Shown here: piece after piece, positions 23,720-39,600 of the stretch | Position numbering within the stretch: the stretch's first letter is position 1 | Layout of the letters: each line of letters opens with the position of its first letter | NCBI GenBank assembly: GCA_044892525.1 | Contig: CM097885.1 | Location: 16,370,001-16,434,000, forward strand | Direction of reading: 5' to 3' | Source of the DNA: Schmidtea polychroa | Lineage: Eukaryota | DNA length: 64,000 nucleotides | Translations under genes and position numbers: made by a program | Notes under the pieces: model-generated | The model's input: the letters and a program-made list of their open reading frames with translations, nothing else | Databases searched by the model: none | Told to the model about the DNA's origin: nothing

Positions 23720-26700
23720 ATGAGTACAGAAAAATCTTTAGATTTAACGCAAAATGATATCATCAAACCTAAATCCAATAGAAAAATTTATCAAAGGGAT
23801 GATTTTTTTAAGTATTACTACTGTACAGCTGAAATCCCTGATTATTTAAAGGATTTTCAATTTCTGCATAATAATTTTAGTGAAGAAAATTGGTGCAAAA
23901 GACCTTTACCTAAATTTGTTGAAGTAAAATTCTAACGTGCTCTTCTATTGTTAATATTTTATTAAGATTACTGAATCTAAAGGAAAATCAGTATATACTA
24001 AACCGAAAGTTCGTCAAAGAACATTAAGTAACCAATCTGGGGAATATGAGTATCAAGAAAATTACAATCGTCAACGGAATTATACCAGTAATGGAAAATA
24101 TAATCGATTTGCAACTTCCCCTAATGATATGATATCTAACGAAGAATTCAAAATGGATACTAAATTTATTAATTCCAATGATTTCCAAGACAATCCCGAA
24201 ACTCAATGGCATAAAGTTGAAACTAGAACAAATCGTTTTAATAATGCTTCTAAACCATATTCCCAAAATATCCAAGTGACAGAAAATCATTGGAAAAAAT
24301 GGACGAAGGATACCAATTCGACAATAGATAAAACTCATCGAGTTCCATTATTAATTTTTGACAATATAATATTGATTTGTTTGACAGCAACAACAGAATT
24401 CATTCAACAGACCTGTCAGTACTTGGTCAAGGAAAAGTGAAAGTGAAATTAATCCAAAAAATCCAAAGGTAAAGATTTTTTTAATTCATATTAATAATAA
24501 CAAATAGAACTATTTATATAAATTTATTTGGGATATATTATAGAATTAAGTTGTCCTCCGTGTTACTAGGCTTACTGCAATGACAATATCTCCATATTTT
24601 GAATAAGCTTACTGTATTGTAACGTTTAGAGTAAAATCTGTTGTATAATAATACATATGGCTTACTATCGGTTTTGGCATTGATTGGCACCAATTTGGTC
24701 ACACTTGAGTGGTGCGTTGTTGATTGTTTCAACAATAACTTGTCCGTAAAAGAGATTCAATGTGAGATCCGGTGCCAGGTTGCCGTCATCCCTAGCAAAT
24801 AACCCATAGGGTTATATTTCCCACGGCCTGATGTAAGAATGCGATTAAATAAGCGTCACAGATGAAGTCATATATAAATATTGCATTAATTGAGACAAAG
24901 TATATATAATTATACAATTCGTTTAAACAGCCATCACTCAAGGGTGTTGAGCAATACCAGTCCAGTGTTCCTTATACATAATACCCCAACTGCTCCTGGG
25001 CCGTTACATGTACCACAATCTATAATCCACAATCAAAACTAATCTAATTGTGCAAATGTCAGTTATATGAGATCATTCTCCTTGTATGTATGAGAAAGGA
25101 GCAACATTATCCCCCATCGTTCCTATCATGAAAATTTATTATAAATAAAGACGAATGATAATATACTGTTAGAATTTACTGTGAATAATCAATTTTTATT
25201 TATACTCGAGAATTTCAAATTTATTTTCAAAATAATTTTAGTCCTTGTGGGGTATTTTATGAAAATTATTATGGCATCCAATAGCTACTAACGGCCATTT
25301 CAATGCAATCTAGGGGCATTTCTGATAGATTTTAGCATTTTTTGATGGATTTTAGGAGCATTTTTTGATGGATTTTAGGAGCATTTTTTATGGAATTTAG
25401 GAGCATTTTTTGATGGATTTTAGGAGCATTTTTTGATGGATTTTAGGAGCATTTTTTGATGGATTTTAGGAGCATTTTTTGATGGATTTTAGGAGCATTT
25501 TTTGATGGATTTTAGGAGCATTTTTTGATGGATTTTAGGAGCATTTTTTGATGGATTTTAGGAGCATTTTTTGATGGATTTTAGGAGCATTTTTTGATGG
25601 ATTTTAGGAGCATTTTTTGATGGAATTTAGGAGCATTTTTTGATGGATTTTAGGAGCATTTTTTGATGGATTTTAGGAGCATTTTTTGATGGATTTTAGG
25701 AGCATTTTTTGATGGATTTTAGGAGCATTTTTTATGGAATTTAGGAGCATTTTTTGATGGAATTTAGGAGCATTTTTTGATGGAATTTAGGAGCATTTTT
25801 TGATGGAATTTAGGAGCATTTTTTGATGGAATTTAGGAGCATTTTTTGATGGATTTTAGGAGCATTTTTTGATGGATTTTAGGAGCATTTTTTGATGGAT
25901 TTTAGGAGCATTTTTTGATGGATTTTAGGAGCATTTTTTGATGGATTTTAGGAGCATTTTTTATGGAATTTAGGAGCATTTTTTGATGGATTTTAGGAGC
26001 ATTTTTTGATGGATTTTAGGAGCATTTTTTGATGGAATTTAGGAGCATTTTTTGATGGAATTTAGGAGCATTTTTTGATGGATTTTAGGAGCATTTTTTG
26101 ATGGATTTTAGGAGCATTTTTTGATGGATTTTAGGAGCATTTTTTGATGGATTTTAGGAGCATTTTTTGATGGATTTTAGGAGCATTTTTTGATGGATTT
26201 TAGGAGCATTTTTTGATGGATTTTAGGAGCATTTTTTGATGGATTTTAGGAGCATTTTTTGATGGATTTTAGGAGCATTTTTTGATGGATTTTAGGAGCA
26301 TTTTTTGATGGAATTTAGGAGCATTTTTTGATGGATTTTAGGAGCATTTTTTGATGGATTTTAGGAGCATTTTTTGATGGATTTTAGGAGCATTTTTTGA
26401 TGGATTTTAGGAGCATTTTTTGATGGATTTTAGGAGCATTTTTTATGGAATTTAGGAGCATTTTTTGATGGAATTTAGGAGCATTTTTTGATGGAATTTA
26501 GGAGCATTTTTTGATGGAATTTAGGAGCATTTTTTGATGGATTTTAGGAGCATTTTTTGATGGATTTTAGGAGCATTTTTTGATGGATTTTAGGAGCATT
26601 TTTTGATGGATTTTAGGAGCATTTTTTGATGGATTTTAGGAGCATTTTTTGATGGATTTTAGGAGCATTTTTTGATGGATTTTAGGAGCATTTTTTGATG

Positions 26701-29700
26701 GATTTTAGGAGCATTTTTTATGGAATTTAGGAGCATTTTTTGATGGATTTATTATGGCATCCAATAGCTACTAACGGCCATTTTAATGCAATCTAGGGAC
26801 ATTTCTGATAGATTTTAGCATTTTTTGATGGATTTTAGGAGCATTTTTTTGATGGATTTTAGGATCATTTTTTGATGGATTTTAGGAGCATTTTTTGATG
26901 GATTTTAGGAGCATTTTTTGATGGAATTTAGGATCTATTCGCGTTTTTGGAATACATCATAACCAAGGCAGACAATTTAAGTCCAATCTGTGTCCAAAAC
27001 GATTGGGGTCACAGAAACTGCTACTTGATGGAATTTAGGAGCATTTTTATGCATTTTAAGAGCATTTTCTATGCAATTTAAGAGCATTTGTATGCAATTT
27101 AATTGCATTTTGTATGCAATTTAATTGCATTTTGTATGCAATTTAATTGCATTTTTGTATGCAATTTAAAAGCATATTCGTGTTTCGTTTATAGCCCATA
27201 TATATTTTTAATTAAAGATAGAAAGGTTCTCAATCAGTAATAATAATATATCAATAATAACATTTAAATGCTGTATGAATAAAGAGATTTGAATCAACAT
27301 TACTGATATAATAACAATATTTGAATCAATAATGATGCCATCAATAACAATATTTGAATCAATAATATTTCTTCTAAATTTGACTATTTTTTAATCTTCT
27401 CATACATCATTAAAAAAATTGTTTTAAATGAAACATTAACATCCTTAACAATGTATATCTAATTCTAAAATTGCGTTATGTCATTCATGATTGATTTTAT
27501 TTTATCAGAACATTTGCAACTATTATTAAGTATTACATTTTATGAAATAATATTTCTCATAGTCAGGCAAATTAATGCAATTTTGACTGAATGCGAATTT
27601 TATTTCTTTGTTAAATGAAGTAAATATATTCTAATTTCCTTAATTATTCTCGTAATAATCTTGAATTAGTTTTCTTATTATCTTTAATACAATAAAATTA
27701 TATCTACAATTACTGTCGAGTAGTGCATGAATTGCCGATAAGAAAAATTATTTTTTACTTTGTCAAGTGATAAAAAAAATGGTAAAACATTGTAATAAAA
27801 ACTGGCTTATTTAGCAGATATTTGGTCGTCATAATGTTTTGAAATCGGAAGATCAGACTGAGGATATATGGCAAGATGATTGGGATACTGAAATGAAATC
27901 TGAAATAGCTAAAGATGAACTTGAATTAAACTTAGATTCTTATGAGTTTCCGAAATCATCAATATTGGTATGTTTCAATATCTGGATTTTTCAATTATAG
28001 GTTACTAAAATTCAAATTCCCTTTAGAGTAAATTAAAAAAATTAATCTAAACATTATTATTTGTAAATATTACATTATTATTGATTATATTTATAATAAT
28101 ATGATTATTGATTTGATTATATTATTATTTGTAAATAGTTTATTATTATTGATTATATATTATGATATGATTAATGATTTGATTAGATATATATTTTATT
28201 GCTATGGTAGAATTTGATTTTACATTTAAGTTTTTTTAATATTATTTAATATTATATTTCTATTTTTTCTTCTATCAAGAAAGTTTCAAATCATTTAAAA
28301 AGTTCGGTATTTAATCGCTTTTTCCTTTCTTTTTATGCAAACTTTTATAAATAATTGAAAAAATATCAAATTTGTAGAACATATTTTGCGAGTATTTAAT
28401 ATCGGTCCAAAGTGTAGCTAAAATGATTTCTAAATTACATTTTTAAGTGTGCAACGCGTCACTTGACATAAATAAATATATTATATATGTTTTAGTTAGG
28501 CAAATAATAAAATTCCATCATATTTGTTAGTATTATGTCATATTTATACAGAACATTGATGTTTTAAATATCACAAATAGCACTGGTTCAAATGGGTATG
28601 ACTAATCGGGGAAGCAAGAGTCATTGTGGTGATTCATTGATCTGATCGCACGTGATCCAGACTAATCTTTGTTAGTACTTATGACCTTTGTTCTACAGCT
28701 TGTCTAACAAGTCTAAACTTCCCTTTTTTTAAATCTTGTGAGCAAAAAAATCAAATTGAAATAAATTCTTGATGAAAATACCTATTATCATCAATATAAT
28801 TTCATACGGCAGTGAATCGGAATGTTTACGTGGACTGAATGGTTGCGATTGGACAAAAGCAAAAAAAGCCATTAATTTTTTAAAAAATTGTCAATGAAAC
28901 CCCTCCCCGTTCCACTGTAGAGTACTAGAAGTGCCATGAAAAGATAACTCGACTTTTACTGGTTACACAACTTAAAAAAGAGTAATTTAATCTGTATAAA
29001 TCCTCATCATTTAATAAATAATAATAATGGAACAGAATATAGTTAATCAATATTTACATAAAAACAATAATTTGGATTCAGAACATTATTCTAAGGCTTA
29101 TCTTATTTTCATTTGTAATATGTAAATTTATTGAAAATATATTTTTGTCAAAAATGAGTGAGCACACTGGGTCAAATGACCTAGATGGATTGACCTATGA
29201 GCAATGTAAAGCATTCATATTACAAAATTCTACACTATTGTGTATAAAATGTTTAAAAACCTGGGTTCAGCCAAGTAGACGTGTAAGTTGATTGAATTTT
29301 GAAACTATAAATTCCCAAATTTAGTCACATATAATATCTTTTACGCTTTTAATTGTTTAGTTGTAGTCTTTGATTTTAATATTTTTCATATTGATGCTTT
29401 ATACCAGTGGTGCCCAAAATTGGCACTCTAAACTTCCATATTTGTTTTCGAAACAATTACCTTAACCTTGAGATCAATAATTATTGTTTAGTAATCTACA
29501 ATCGAAAGAAATCAGCTTTGAAAATAATTAAAAATAAACACAGGAATCAATTAGTAAATTCAAATTTAAATATTCAACTTAGAATAGAGATGAATGATTT
29601 TGGAAAATTAGCCAATAATATTAATGAACTATTTTAATTAAAAAAAATTTAAGTTGGCACTAGATTCAAGAAAAAATTTCTTTTTGGAACATTGAAAATA

Positions 29701-32700
29701 TTATGGACATCATTGCTTTATGATGAATATCATTCTTCCTTTGAAGACCTCTTTTTGTCTAGAAAATTTAAATTCTGAATTTCTTAATCTAACTTCTATG
29801 AAATACCGTGTTTTCAATAATATCCTACCTTAATAGCTCTTAGTGGTTTAGTTTTAGTCCTTTCATATTCCAATGATTTCTAGTTTTTATTTAATTTTGG
29901 GCTGCTATATAATCTATATATCTGAAAGTATTTTTTTAAAGATTTTCCAATATTAACATGGTACTTAGATAAAATATACATCATTCGAAAAAGAGAAATC
30001 AATTTCCAAATACATTTTATTCGAATTAGATACAAGTATCAATATTCTGACAATATGTCATGTCGATTAAAGTTATTGTAAGATTTTAAATTAAATGTAA
30101 TTCTAATGACAACAAATAACGTTTTATGCATAAATAGAAGATTTTTTATTTTAAATGATTGACTTGAAATAATTTGGTGTGGGTATGCGACAATAAATGC
30201 GATAATATCAATGTAACTTTGCCGTATTCATCTGGAGTTTAAATTTTAATCTATCATAAAAATGAAAGCATGTTATAACTAAAAATATATATTCAGTCAA
30301 CCACCCCTCCTCTGTTAGAAGCTGACGTAAAACCGTCAGAATCTCTGTTTGAACCACTAGTTGAATCACCGCAATTCGATTTATGGTTTTATCGTGATTT
30401 ATCAAATATAGAAAGAGGCCCATTTCCAAGTGAAGATATGGCCAATTGGTTAGCCACAGGCTATTTTAATCCCACCACTTTTGTTCGAAGAAGTTGTGAC
30501 GAAAAATTTTTATTACTAGCAGAATATAGAGCACTGTATGGCAGAATTCCGTTTACTGCTGGCCCCACAGTTGCTCCTATTTATCTTAATACCCCAATTA
30601 AACTAGAATTAAATCAAATTCTTATTGGAGTGGAAAATAATTTTAGACAGGAAGTAAGATTTTATTTTTTATCAATTCTTAAATTTTCAATATTAATTTT
30701 AATTTTTGCATAAAGTTAATTTTTGATCTTTTGTCAAAATGAAAATAAATAAATATAATTGATTTCATATTTAGAAAATTAATATTAAATATTAAAATCG
30801 ATATTATTATTATACGCGTTGAACAACAAATAGTTTGTTTCTGGTCGTGTTTTAACAATCTTTCCTTATTTCAGGAAACATTTAGCCCATAATTAGTTGA
30901 CTGACTTCTCATTTGTCAAAATTACTTGTTTAGAATTAAGCGATTTTTTTACATAAGGAAAAAATTATAATCATTGATAATCATCAAAAATAATTCAATT
31001 TTTGAATTATCACCATTGATCCACTATAGAATTATCGATCTCCTTTTTAGAATTTTTTTTTAAATATTTGATGATATTTCATTTATTTTATTTATTTATT
31101 CATCAAAAACTTGTTACATAGATTTTTTGTCAAATGTAAATAAATAATATAATTGATTTCATATTTAGAAAAAAATAATGTAATAATACGTGTTTAAAAA
31201 AGGTGATAAAACTGTTTCAGGAATCATTTTAGTGATAATTAGTTAGCGGGCATTTTTTAACATGAGAGGGAAGGATTGAATTGTCTCGTATTAGAGGAAA
31301 TTGATGAAAACAGATGAAGTTGTTCAAGAGTGTAAAGTTCAATTTTAGGATAATTAAAAATGGAAATTTATTTTCAAATAACCATATATAATAGGGTGGA
31401 GTGAAAATTTTTTTTTCTTAATATCTTGTTTGGATAGCTATAAAAACTTGGTAACACATGCAATTAGTAATGTGGCAAACAATTAGACAATTTAAAGCAT
31501 ATCTTGAGGTTCCACAATTGACCTAAAGTATAGGCATATTTCGATAAAAATGCAATAATCTTTAAAAAAAACATTTTTTTATAAGTAACATATTTATGTT
31601 ATGGTTTAACTTTTTAACAGTCTGTACATAACATTACAAGTAATAAGAACCATTTCTTTGAAGGGAAACCACATGCAAACTGTCTAACATGTTTTTATAA
31701 CTACAAATGATGTTGGGCTTTGGTGTCCAGTTTTGGCATTTTCAATCTCGATTCCAAGCGTGCTCTAATGAATCCGTCGCGTTTTTCTGGACCACACACC
31801 ATTTCGGATGCTTCTGTCACTAGCTTGATATGTCTCTCTACTGCCTGGGTGTGACAAGGATAGCGGGCGAAATCCAGTCTTGGCGTTTCTTCTTCCCGGA
31901 TCATGGTTAACAAAGTATCTTCGTCAATGTCCACTACGATTGGAGGCTCTGTGATCGGAGTTTTCTGCCAATCGATCATGTCTATGTAGCTAGTAGCTTC
32001 AAAGTTGATTACTGGCACGCAGAAAGATCTAACTGAAGTAGTACGTTTCTGCTTTCTGGATTTCAGTATGCGTCGCAGAGCTAACTCGCGTATATCTGAT
32101 CTTTCATCGGTAAGCATCGCAAGCAACAGATTTTCTGGATGACTGAAGAATGCGTTGCGTTGAATTACCGGGTCAACAACTTTCTTCAGCTCGTCTGTGA
32201 GGTAGCGTGATTTCAGTATCGTACTGTGGACATGTCGAGCGCCGTCTTTACACGAAGGGGTATTCTTTATTTCAAACCATGCAGGTGCATAAACTGTTAC
32301 GATGAAGGTAGCAAGCGTCTTTAGTTCATCCGACGGGCTTCTTGTGGCAACATACAGACGTAGTATGCGATTAGCCGTGGTTAACTATCTCGAATGGTTG
32401 ATAAGACGTTGATAAGAAGTGAATGGTCGACAGGACAAATACCAACACTTACAGCAGTACACAAATCGAACAGGTATTTCTGATCTGTACTTAAATCGTC
32501 GGAATTTGCACTTGACGGTAGAACACAGTTTATCGGCATGTAGTAAACGATGGGAAGCTTCTCACAATTCAACAATGACTTTCCAATGGGACCAGAAAAT
32601 CCTTTTGGACCATTGGTAGGTCCATCGAGATACTGAAACAAATGTCTTAACGGTAATTCGTTTGCATGCAACTGACATACGAACCACTGTAGCGGTCTGT

Positions 32701-35700
32701 GTAACGTCACTTCAAGTAATCGAATGATGCCTCCTCGAATGCCCGTATTAGTGGCTGTCCCATCACAACCTATTGCTTTTATGCCACGTCTTGTGGTACA
32801 CGTTCAACATTTCATGAATACGGCGGTGGCTTACATGTGGTATGGAAGCTTTGTCCCATATTTGTTCTACTTTCATTGACACTGTTTCTGCCACGTTGCG
32901 ATGTGAAGGATCTTTATTGTTCAATTCGCATTTCAGTCTCTGCTTTGTCAGGTTGTAGAATTTCATAACATCTGCATAAGTCGGTAGTTGATTGTCGGGC
33001 ATCTCGGATGGACCACCAAAGATGACACAAGACACTTTCTTTCTGGTTACAGCCATTCCAACTCTAAAAAGGAAAACCAGAGGCATTTAAAATCCATAGT
33101 GTATGGGTGGCAAATATTTTGCTATTAAAAGTAATGAAAATATTATTTAAATGCCATCAATGACTTCAATAATATGTCAATAATAGCAAATACATTATCG
33201 TTTTCTTATCAATGGTTATATTTTAAAGTTGGTTGTGGAACCTCAAGACATTATTTAAATTATTGTTTTTCTTTACAGAGTACTTCATTGGACCTCATAG
33301 CAAGTTTTTATAACTATCCAAAGTCTACTAAGTCAAAAAATTTTTTTTCGGTCATTTTCACTCCACCCTAATATATAATAGGATATGTGAGCGAGTTTTT
33401 TCTGGTTAAAAAACTTAAAAATAACAGTAATTAATATAGTTAATCATTTATTCAAAATTTATATCAAAACAAATCGAAATTCAAAAAAAAACTAAGTAAA
33501 ATGGCGTTTCGACATTGATGTTGATATTACTATCTTTTTACAACTTAGGTTAATTTTTTTATATAGTGATTTAGTTGATCAAATTGTTGTTTATTCGATC
33601 GGATAACCTAAAAATATTACAGCAACGATTTTTTTTTGATTTTACGATATCAATTGAATAGTAAGTGCAAAGCAATTTTTCATCGATCACCAATTTTATT
33701 TTGATTAGTGCGATCGAAATTCAATAAATAAATAAATTGAAATTAAATAAATCAATTTTTCGTAAATTTATTTTAAATTATTACTAATAAAATGTCAAAG
33801 AAAGAAAATTTTGATGATGCGAATATTTTTGCCTATATTATTTTCGAATCTGATATTGAAATTAACTAATTTGATCAATAAAATTCTTTGTTTAGTTAAA
33901 TTTTTCTACTTGCAATTTTCCTTGAATATAATATTTAAAATATTTGCATTTTAAATTTATGTTTCAAATATTATTTTCATTCAATAATAATAGAAATAGC
34001 AACAAATTCCAGATAATTAAAATTAGATAAAACTGGAATAAAATAATGTTTGCGCTATTTATTTTAATTCCTGACCTATTTTTTCTGAATTTAAATTGGC
34101 AATTAAAACATTAATATATAAATAGGAAAAAATTTATATTCAAATTTTAACAAAATTAACTTTTATATAAAAAGCACTAATTTCATAAACATTGATTTTC
34201 CTGAGTATTATTGATATTCTGTTAAATGCATTTAAAAATGAAATTTACTGTTTATTGTTTCAATTTAGTGTATCCGATATTTTTTACATTAATTTTGTAC
34301 ATTGCAAAAAATTATATACATGCACAATTTATTTTAGTTTTTTGTTAATTTTTTTATAATTATAACCTTTTAGGTGATAAATTGTGCTGTTTCCCTATCA
34401 CATATATCACATGTAAGACCTTATTCAGCGCGAGTTCTATTGATATATTGTCGACATTTAGAGAGTTGAAGAAAATATAAATGTTTCTCCTAATGCTATT
34501 ATTGAGGAAAAACGTTTACTTGATGAAAGTAGAGCAGAATTGGAAAGAGAGAAAGAAAGGATGATCCATGAACAGATTCAATGGCGTTTGAGAGTTGAAG
34601 CAGATCTACGTGCTTCAATGAATGCTGAATTAAATGCAAAAATAGCAGAAATGATGAAGCAACCGATCAATATAACTCAGCATGTTGAGTCGGCTGATCA
34701 AGTGATTCTCGATGATAATATAATCAATGAATCAGAGCAATCATCAATTGATGTGATAAATGAAATAGTCGAAAATCTCCCGGAAGTTCATGATATTGAT
34801 ATATGTCCAGTTGTCTTGGAACCGAAGTTGGAACCAGTTGTTGATAAATGGGAAATCGATGAATCTAACATTGAACAAATATTGAATGTAACAGATGAAT
34901 CTAATAAATGGTTCTCATCAAAAGAAGCCAAAATTCAAAAGAAAAACAAAAAGACAAAAGCTAAAGAAAACAAGTATTAATACTAAAACGTGTAAAAATC
35001 CATATAAATTGATTAATACAGTAAAACTGTAAAGGAGGAAAAGAAGATAACTCCCATCCCTGAAGCAAAACCACCTGAACAGCCAACAGACAGCAGGTTA
35101 CTTATCATACCAAGGGATTCAGTGATAACTGCAACTGGAAAAGAAAATGACAATATATCAAAAGTTAGTTTTAATTTGAATTTTATTTCTCGATATTACA
35201 TTGTTTATTATCCTAATATCAATTAATATCCACTAATATCGATTGATATTCATTGATATCTATTAATATCCAATAATATCAATTAATATCGATTGATATC
35301 CACTAATATCTATTAATATCAATATCCAATTATATTATATGTTTTAATTTAATATTTTTAAACATTTTTCCCTTGGAATCAATATTTATTAATCAATTAA
35401 AAAAATTATGAATTGATCAAATTTTTTACATAAAATAATTGATCAATATTTATATAAATTAATTATTTTTATTATTTGATCAATTTTTCATACAAATCAA
35501 TCAAGGGTATGGAACCTGCGGCCCACGGAGCCTTGTCGAAATAAATCTTAATTTACATAAAGAACCATGAATTTTGAGAATTTACAAATGAAAATACTTA
35601 ACTACTGAACTGCATATAACGTACTGTATAAGAATGCCACCGAGTACAAAGAACGAAATATAAAAGTCAATCATTCACATCCATAAATACAAAACGTATG

Positions 35701-36610
35701 TAGGAGAATAAATAAGATTATTGAGCACTCATTTGTGAAATGATGACTTATTTGCATCAACTTTTCGATTCAGAAATAATAAGCATTTTCCAGAATATTT
35801 CGTACAACTGCATTTTTCAAATCTGGAGACTGATTATAAACATTGTTTTAATTACTAACTGTATATAAAATGAAATTAATTAATGTTAAAATACTTTTTG
35901 ACTGCGGCCCCATTTGGAGGCCACAAATTTCATTGTGGCCTATGAAAATAAAAAGGTTTCCCATACCTGTCTTTGCTGATGATGTTTGACCTAAGAACAA
36001 CTTCTATATAGTAAAATTAATTCATAAAGAATCGATTTAATTTTGAATATAAAATTTTTTTTTCAGTTTGTAATTTTCCATTCAAATTAATTTATTAAAC
36101 ATTTTGATCTAAATTGATTGATTTTATAAATGATTCAAATGGAAATTAAATCAATAACAGTTTACAGGAAACAATTGTGCAGAATTATAATCTAGTGCAG
36201 TTCAATTTAATCCATTTTATTAAACACGGAAAGCGATTTATAACAACAATATATAAATTTGAGATTTAAATATTAACCCTTTCGCCCCTATTGGGACAAT
36301 ACGTCCCGGAAACTTTCATCATGATCCTACTGGGATATTTTGAATGGTCCATAAAAGCCTATTGGGACTTATTATCCCAGGACTTTCTAGGATATTCAGA
36401 AGCGCCACGATTACAAAAATGAGAATATTTCATATTTAGGTCAATATTAACAAGTTCCAATATATAAATTTAGCATAGTGTCATTAGCGGAAAGTCGGTG
36501 CGAAAGGGTTAAGTATTAATAAAATAAATCAATAAAAAGGATTTTACCAAAAAGATTGAGCAATTTACCATTTGATCGATTTAAAGAAGGAAATGAAGAA
36601 ACTCAAATCT

Positions 36611-36662
<52 letters not shown>

Positions 36663-39600
36663 TTGTATTTGAGGTAGAAATTTAAAAATTACGTACTAAG
36701 AAAATAAATCAAAAAAAGGATTTTAGCAAAAATTTTACCATTTGAAGGAAATGAAGAACCTCAAATATGAAAAGCATGTAGAATTTAAAAATTTAATAAT
36801 TTGTCAATATTTTCACAATTAAATCAATAATTATTGAACTGATAATGTAGGAATTTCATAAATTTTGATAATATTGATGGCATAAATTGAATTTTACTTG
36901 TATCAATTGCATTTTTAAACCTAAAATTTAAGACAGTAACTGCTTAAATTTTAAATGATTATTAAATGAGCTTGAGGAGTTATAACTGATCACAATATAT
37001 TATTTTTTCTTATAACTTTTTTATAATGATTGATTTAATAAAAATCATTTATAAAATTAAGTGTCAGATAGGACATCGATTGCATTGAAAAGTGACTATT
37101 ATTTCCAGGGTCAGAACTATTAATTAATCGATCACAGGTGTTACATAAAACCAGAATTCATTTTCTCAATTTCATTATTGAAATTACGTTTGTTCAGGTT
37201 AGACCAATAAGAATTGAATTGGAAAATCGAAAATCTGATTCACCATCAATATGGGGTCCAGTGAAAACCACTCCAACCGCAATTTCCACATCATTTATCC
37301 AAATACAGGCGGAAGAAAGTATTAAAATGAAAAAAGAAAAGAAATCCAATGAGCCGGAAATTCAACCAACGGTAGGAATTTTATACTGGCTCCAATAAGA
37401 AATTATACTAACACAATAAAATTAATGATTTATATTATATATTCCATAGTTTGCCCTTACTTTATTACTTATATAACAATTTCTAACAATATCATAAAAT
37501 GAATTTAATTAACTTTTTGATTGTTGAAATAACTAAATATACTAAAATCCTAAAAAGTATGCATATTCCCTTCTATGTAATCACTGAAACCAATCAAGTA
37601 AGAGGAGAGGAACAATATACATCAATGATTATCTCAGAATACCAGGTGTTGATATAGATTGTTACAATTGAAATGCCCCCATTATTCCATTCCCTATATA
37701 AAATATTTATTAAAAAGCCTGAAAATATATCGATGTTTTTGCTATTACAATTATATTTAATCTTAATTCTATGTTTTTTGTTTTATTTTAACATTTCATT
37801 TATTTTTCGCTATTCAACACAATAATTTTTAATCTGAATTTGGAAATCTTTTTTGGTGTTGTGTTAATGACTAGTAAATTAAAATTTCTATATTTGCTTT
37901 CTCGTACTTCAGTTACCAATCCCATTTAAATGTAATCTTTGTCGAGTATTTATCATATTTATCAAAACTAAATTTTAGCCAATGTAATTATTGATTTATA
38001 TTATTTCCTATATCACAGTTACTTTCAAATCTGATCAAAATATATATATTCAAGTCTGATCTGCACAATATCTGATATTAGAATTGTGTAGATCGATATT
38101 TATGTTGGAATTTATGTTTCAATATTTATCCATTACTCGGCATTATCGTTATATTGAAATATTGATTAAACAGTTAAAATACGTAAAATATTGATTATAA
38201 TAGACTGGCAGATATTGATTAAGTTATAGTTTTTCTTCAATTATTTTCATTTTCTCCAATAGGTTGTACGAAATACTTCGCCAAAAGAAACTTGCAAAGT
38301 AGAACAGGTAAAGTCAATTTGGAATGCTGCTCCTCAGGCTCAAAAATCACCCAATCAAATGGGCACAGAAAATAAATTGTCTGACAGTTCTGTTGTTATG
38401 AAAGATTCCGATAAATCAATAAAAGAACAATTACCAACTCTAAAGGAATCTCAGTTAAAAGTAAAAGTTGATGGAACAGTAAAACCGAAAATAGTAGAAG
38501 TAGGTAATAGAAAAAACAAGCAATCAAAATCAACAAATTTGTCTGAATCAAACAAAATTCCAGTAATCTTGTTATTTACCAACTAGGAACCAATTTCAAT
38601 TGAATTTATATTTATTAAGTTATTTACTGAAAAGGAAAAATCTATAAAAAATGACATGCCAGCTTTGATTAAACCTCCGGTAATTGCAACAAAATCTTTG
38701 CTGCAAATCCAGGCTGAAGAAACTTTGAAAGAAAAAATAGCAAAAGAGCAACATGAAGTTTTAAAAAAATTAGAATTATCAAATGAAGTAATTGATTTTA
38801 TTTTTTTCATATTATTTAAATTTTGGGCAAAAATTATTGTTATTCTCGCGTGATTCCATGTGATTGGTCGGGAATTTAAATGCATGTTGAATTCCACGTG
38901 TTTCAATAAATTATGGGCAATATCAGGATTTTTCTCTCTGTATTGATTTTAAATTTGCACTTTTTATACAGTAATTACTTTAATCCATTAATAGCTCAAT
39001 AATCCAATAATAACACTAATAATTAAATAATCTAAAAATAACACTAATAATTTATTAATGCAATAATAATCCAATATTAATTCAATAATTCATTAATCCA
39101 ATAATAATTCATTATTCCAATAATAATTCATTATTTCAATAATAATTCATTATTCCAATAATAATTCATTATTTCAATAATAATTCATTAATCCAATAAT
39201 AATTCATTATTCCAATAATAATTCATTATTCCAATAATAATTCATTAATCCGATAATTATTCATTAATCCAATAATTATTCATTAATTCAATAATTATTC
39301 ATTAATCCAATAATTACTCTGTAATTATAATACAAATCTTTATAATGGAATAATTTAAAGACCAGTCAAAATAAAACTGAAACTCCTTCCACTTGGAAAT
39401 CAGGACAAACTTTGTCTCAAAATGTTTCTCCTGCAGCCAAATCACTTGTAGAAATCCAAGCCGAAGAAGCATTGAAAGCCAAGAAAACTAAAGAAATAGA
39501 AAAAGCAATGAAAGTTAATCAAATAGAAACGAATAAAGTGACAGTAATGAATTGAAATTGAATAAAATTACAAGAAGATGATGATTTCTGTTCTTGTAGT

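Noticed and set aside
24537..25165. Possible second solo LTR in a GIGYF intron
   Set aside because: The sequence looks foreign, but no convincing TG...CA ends or TSD were found.
25337..26934. CRISPR-like array
   Set aside because: Units are directly tandem with no unique spacers, there are no cas genes, and the context is a eukaryotic intron.
38563..38586. 24-nt intron in GIGYF
   Set aside because: An in-frame acceptor at 38619 gives a typical 57-nt intron, which is more parsimonious.
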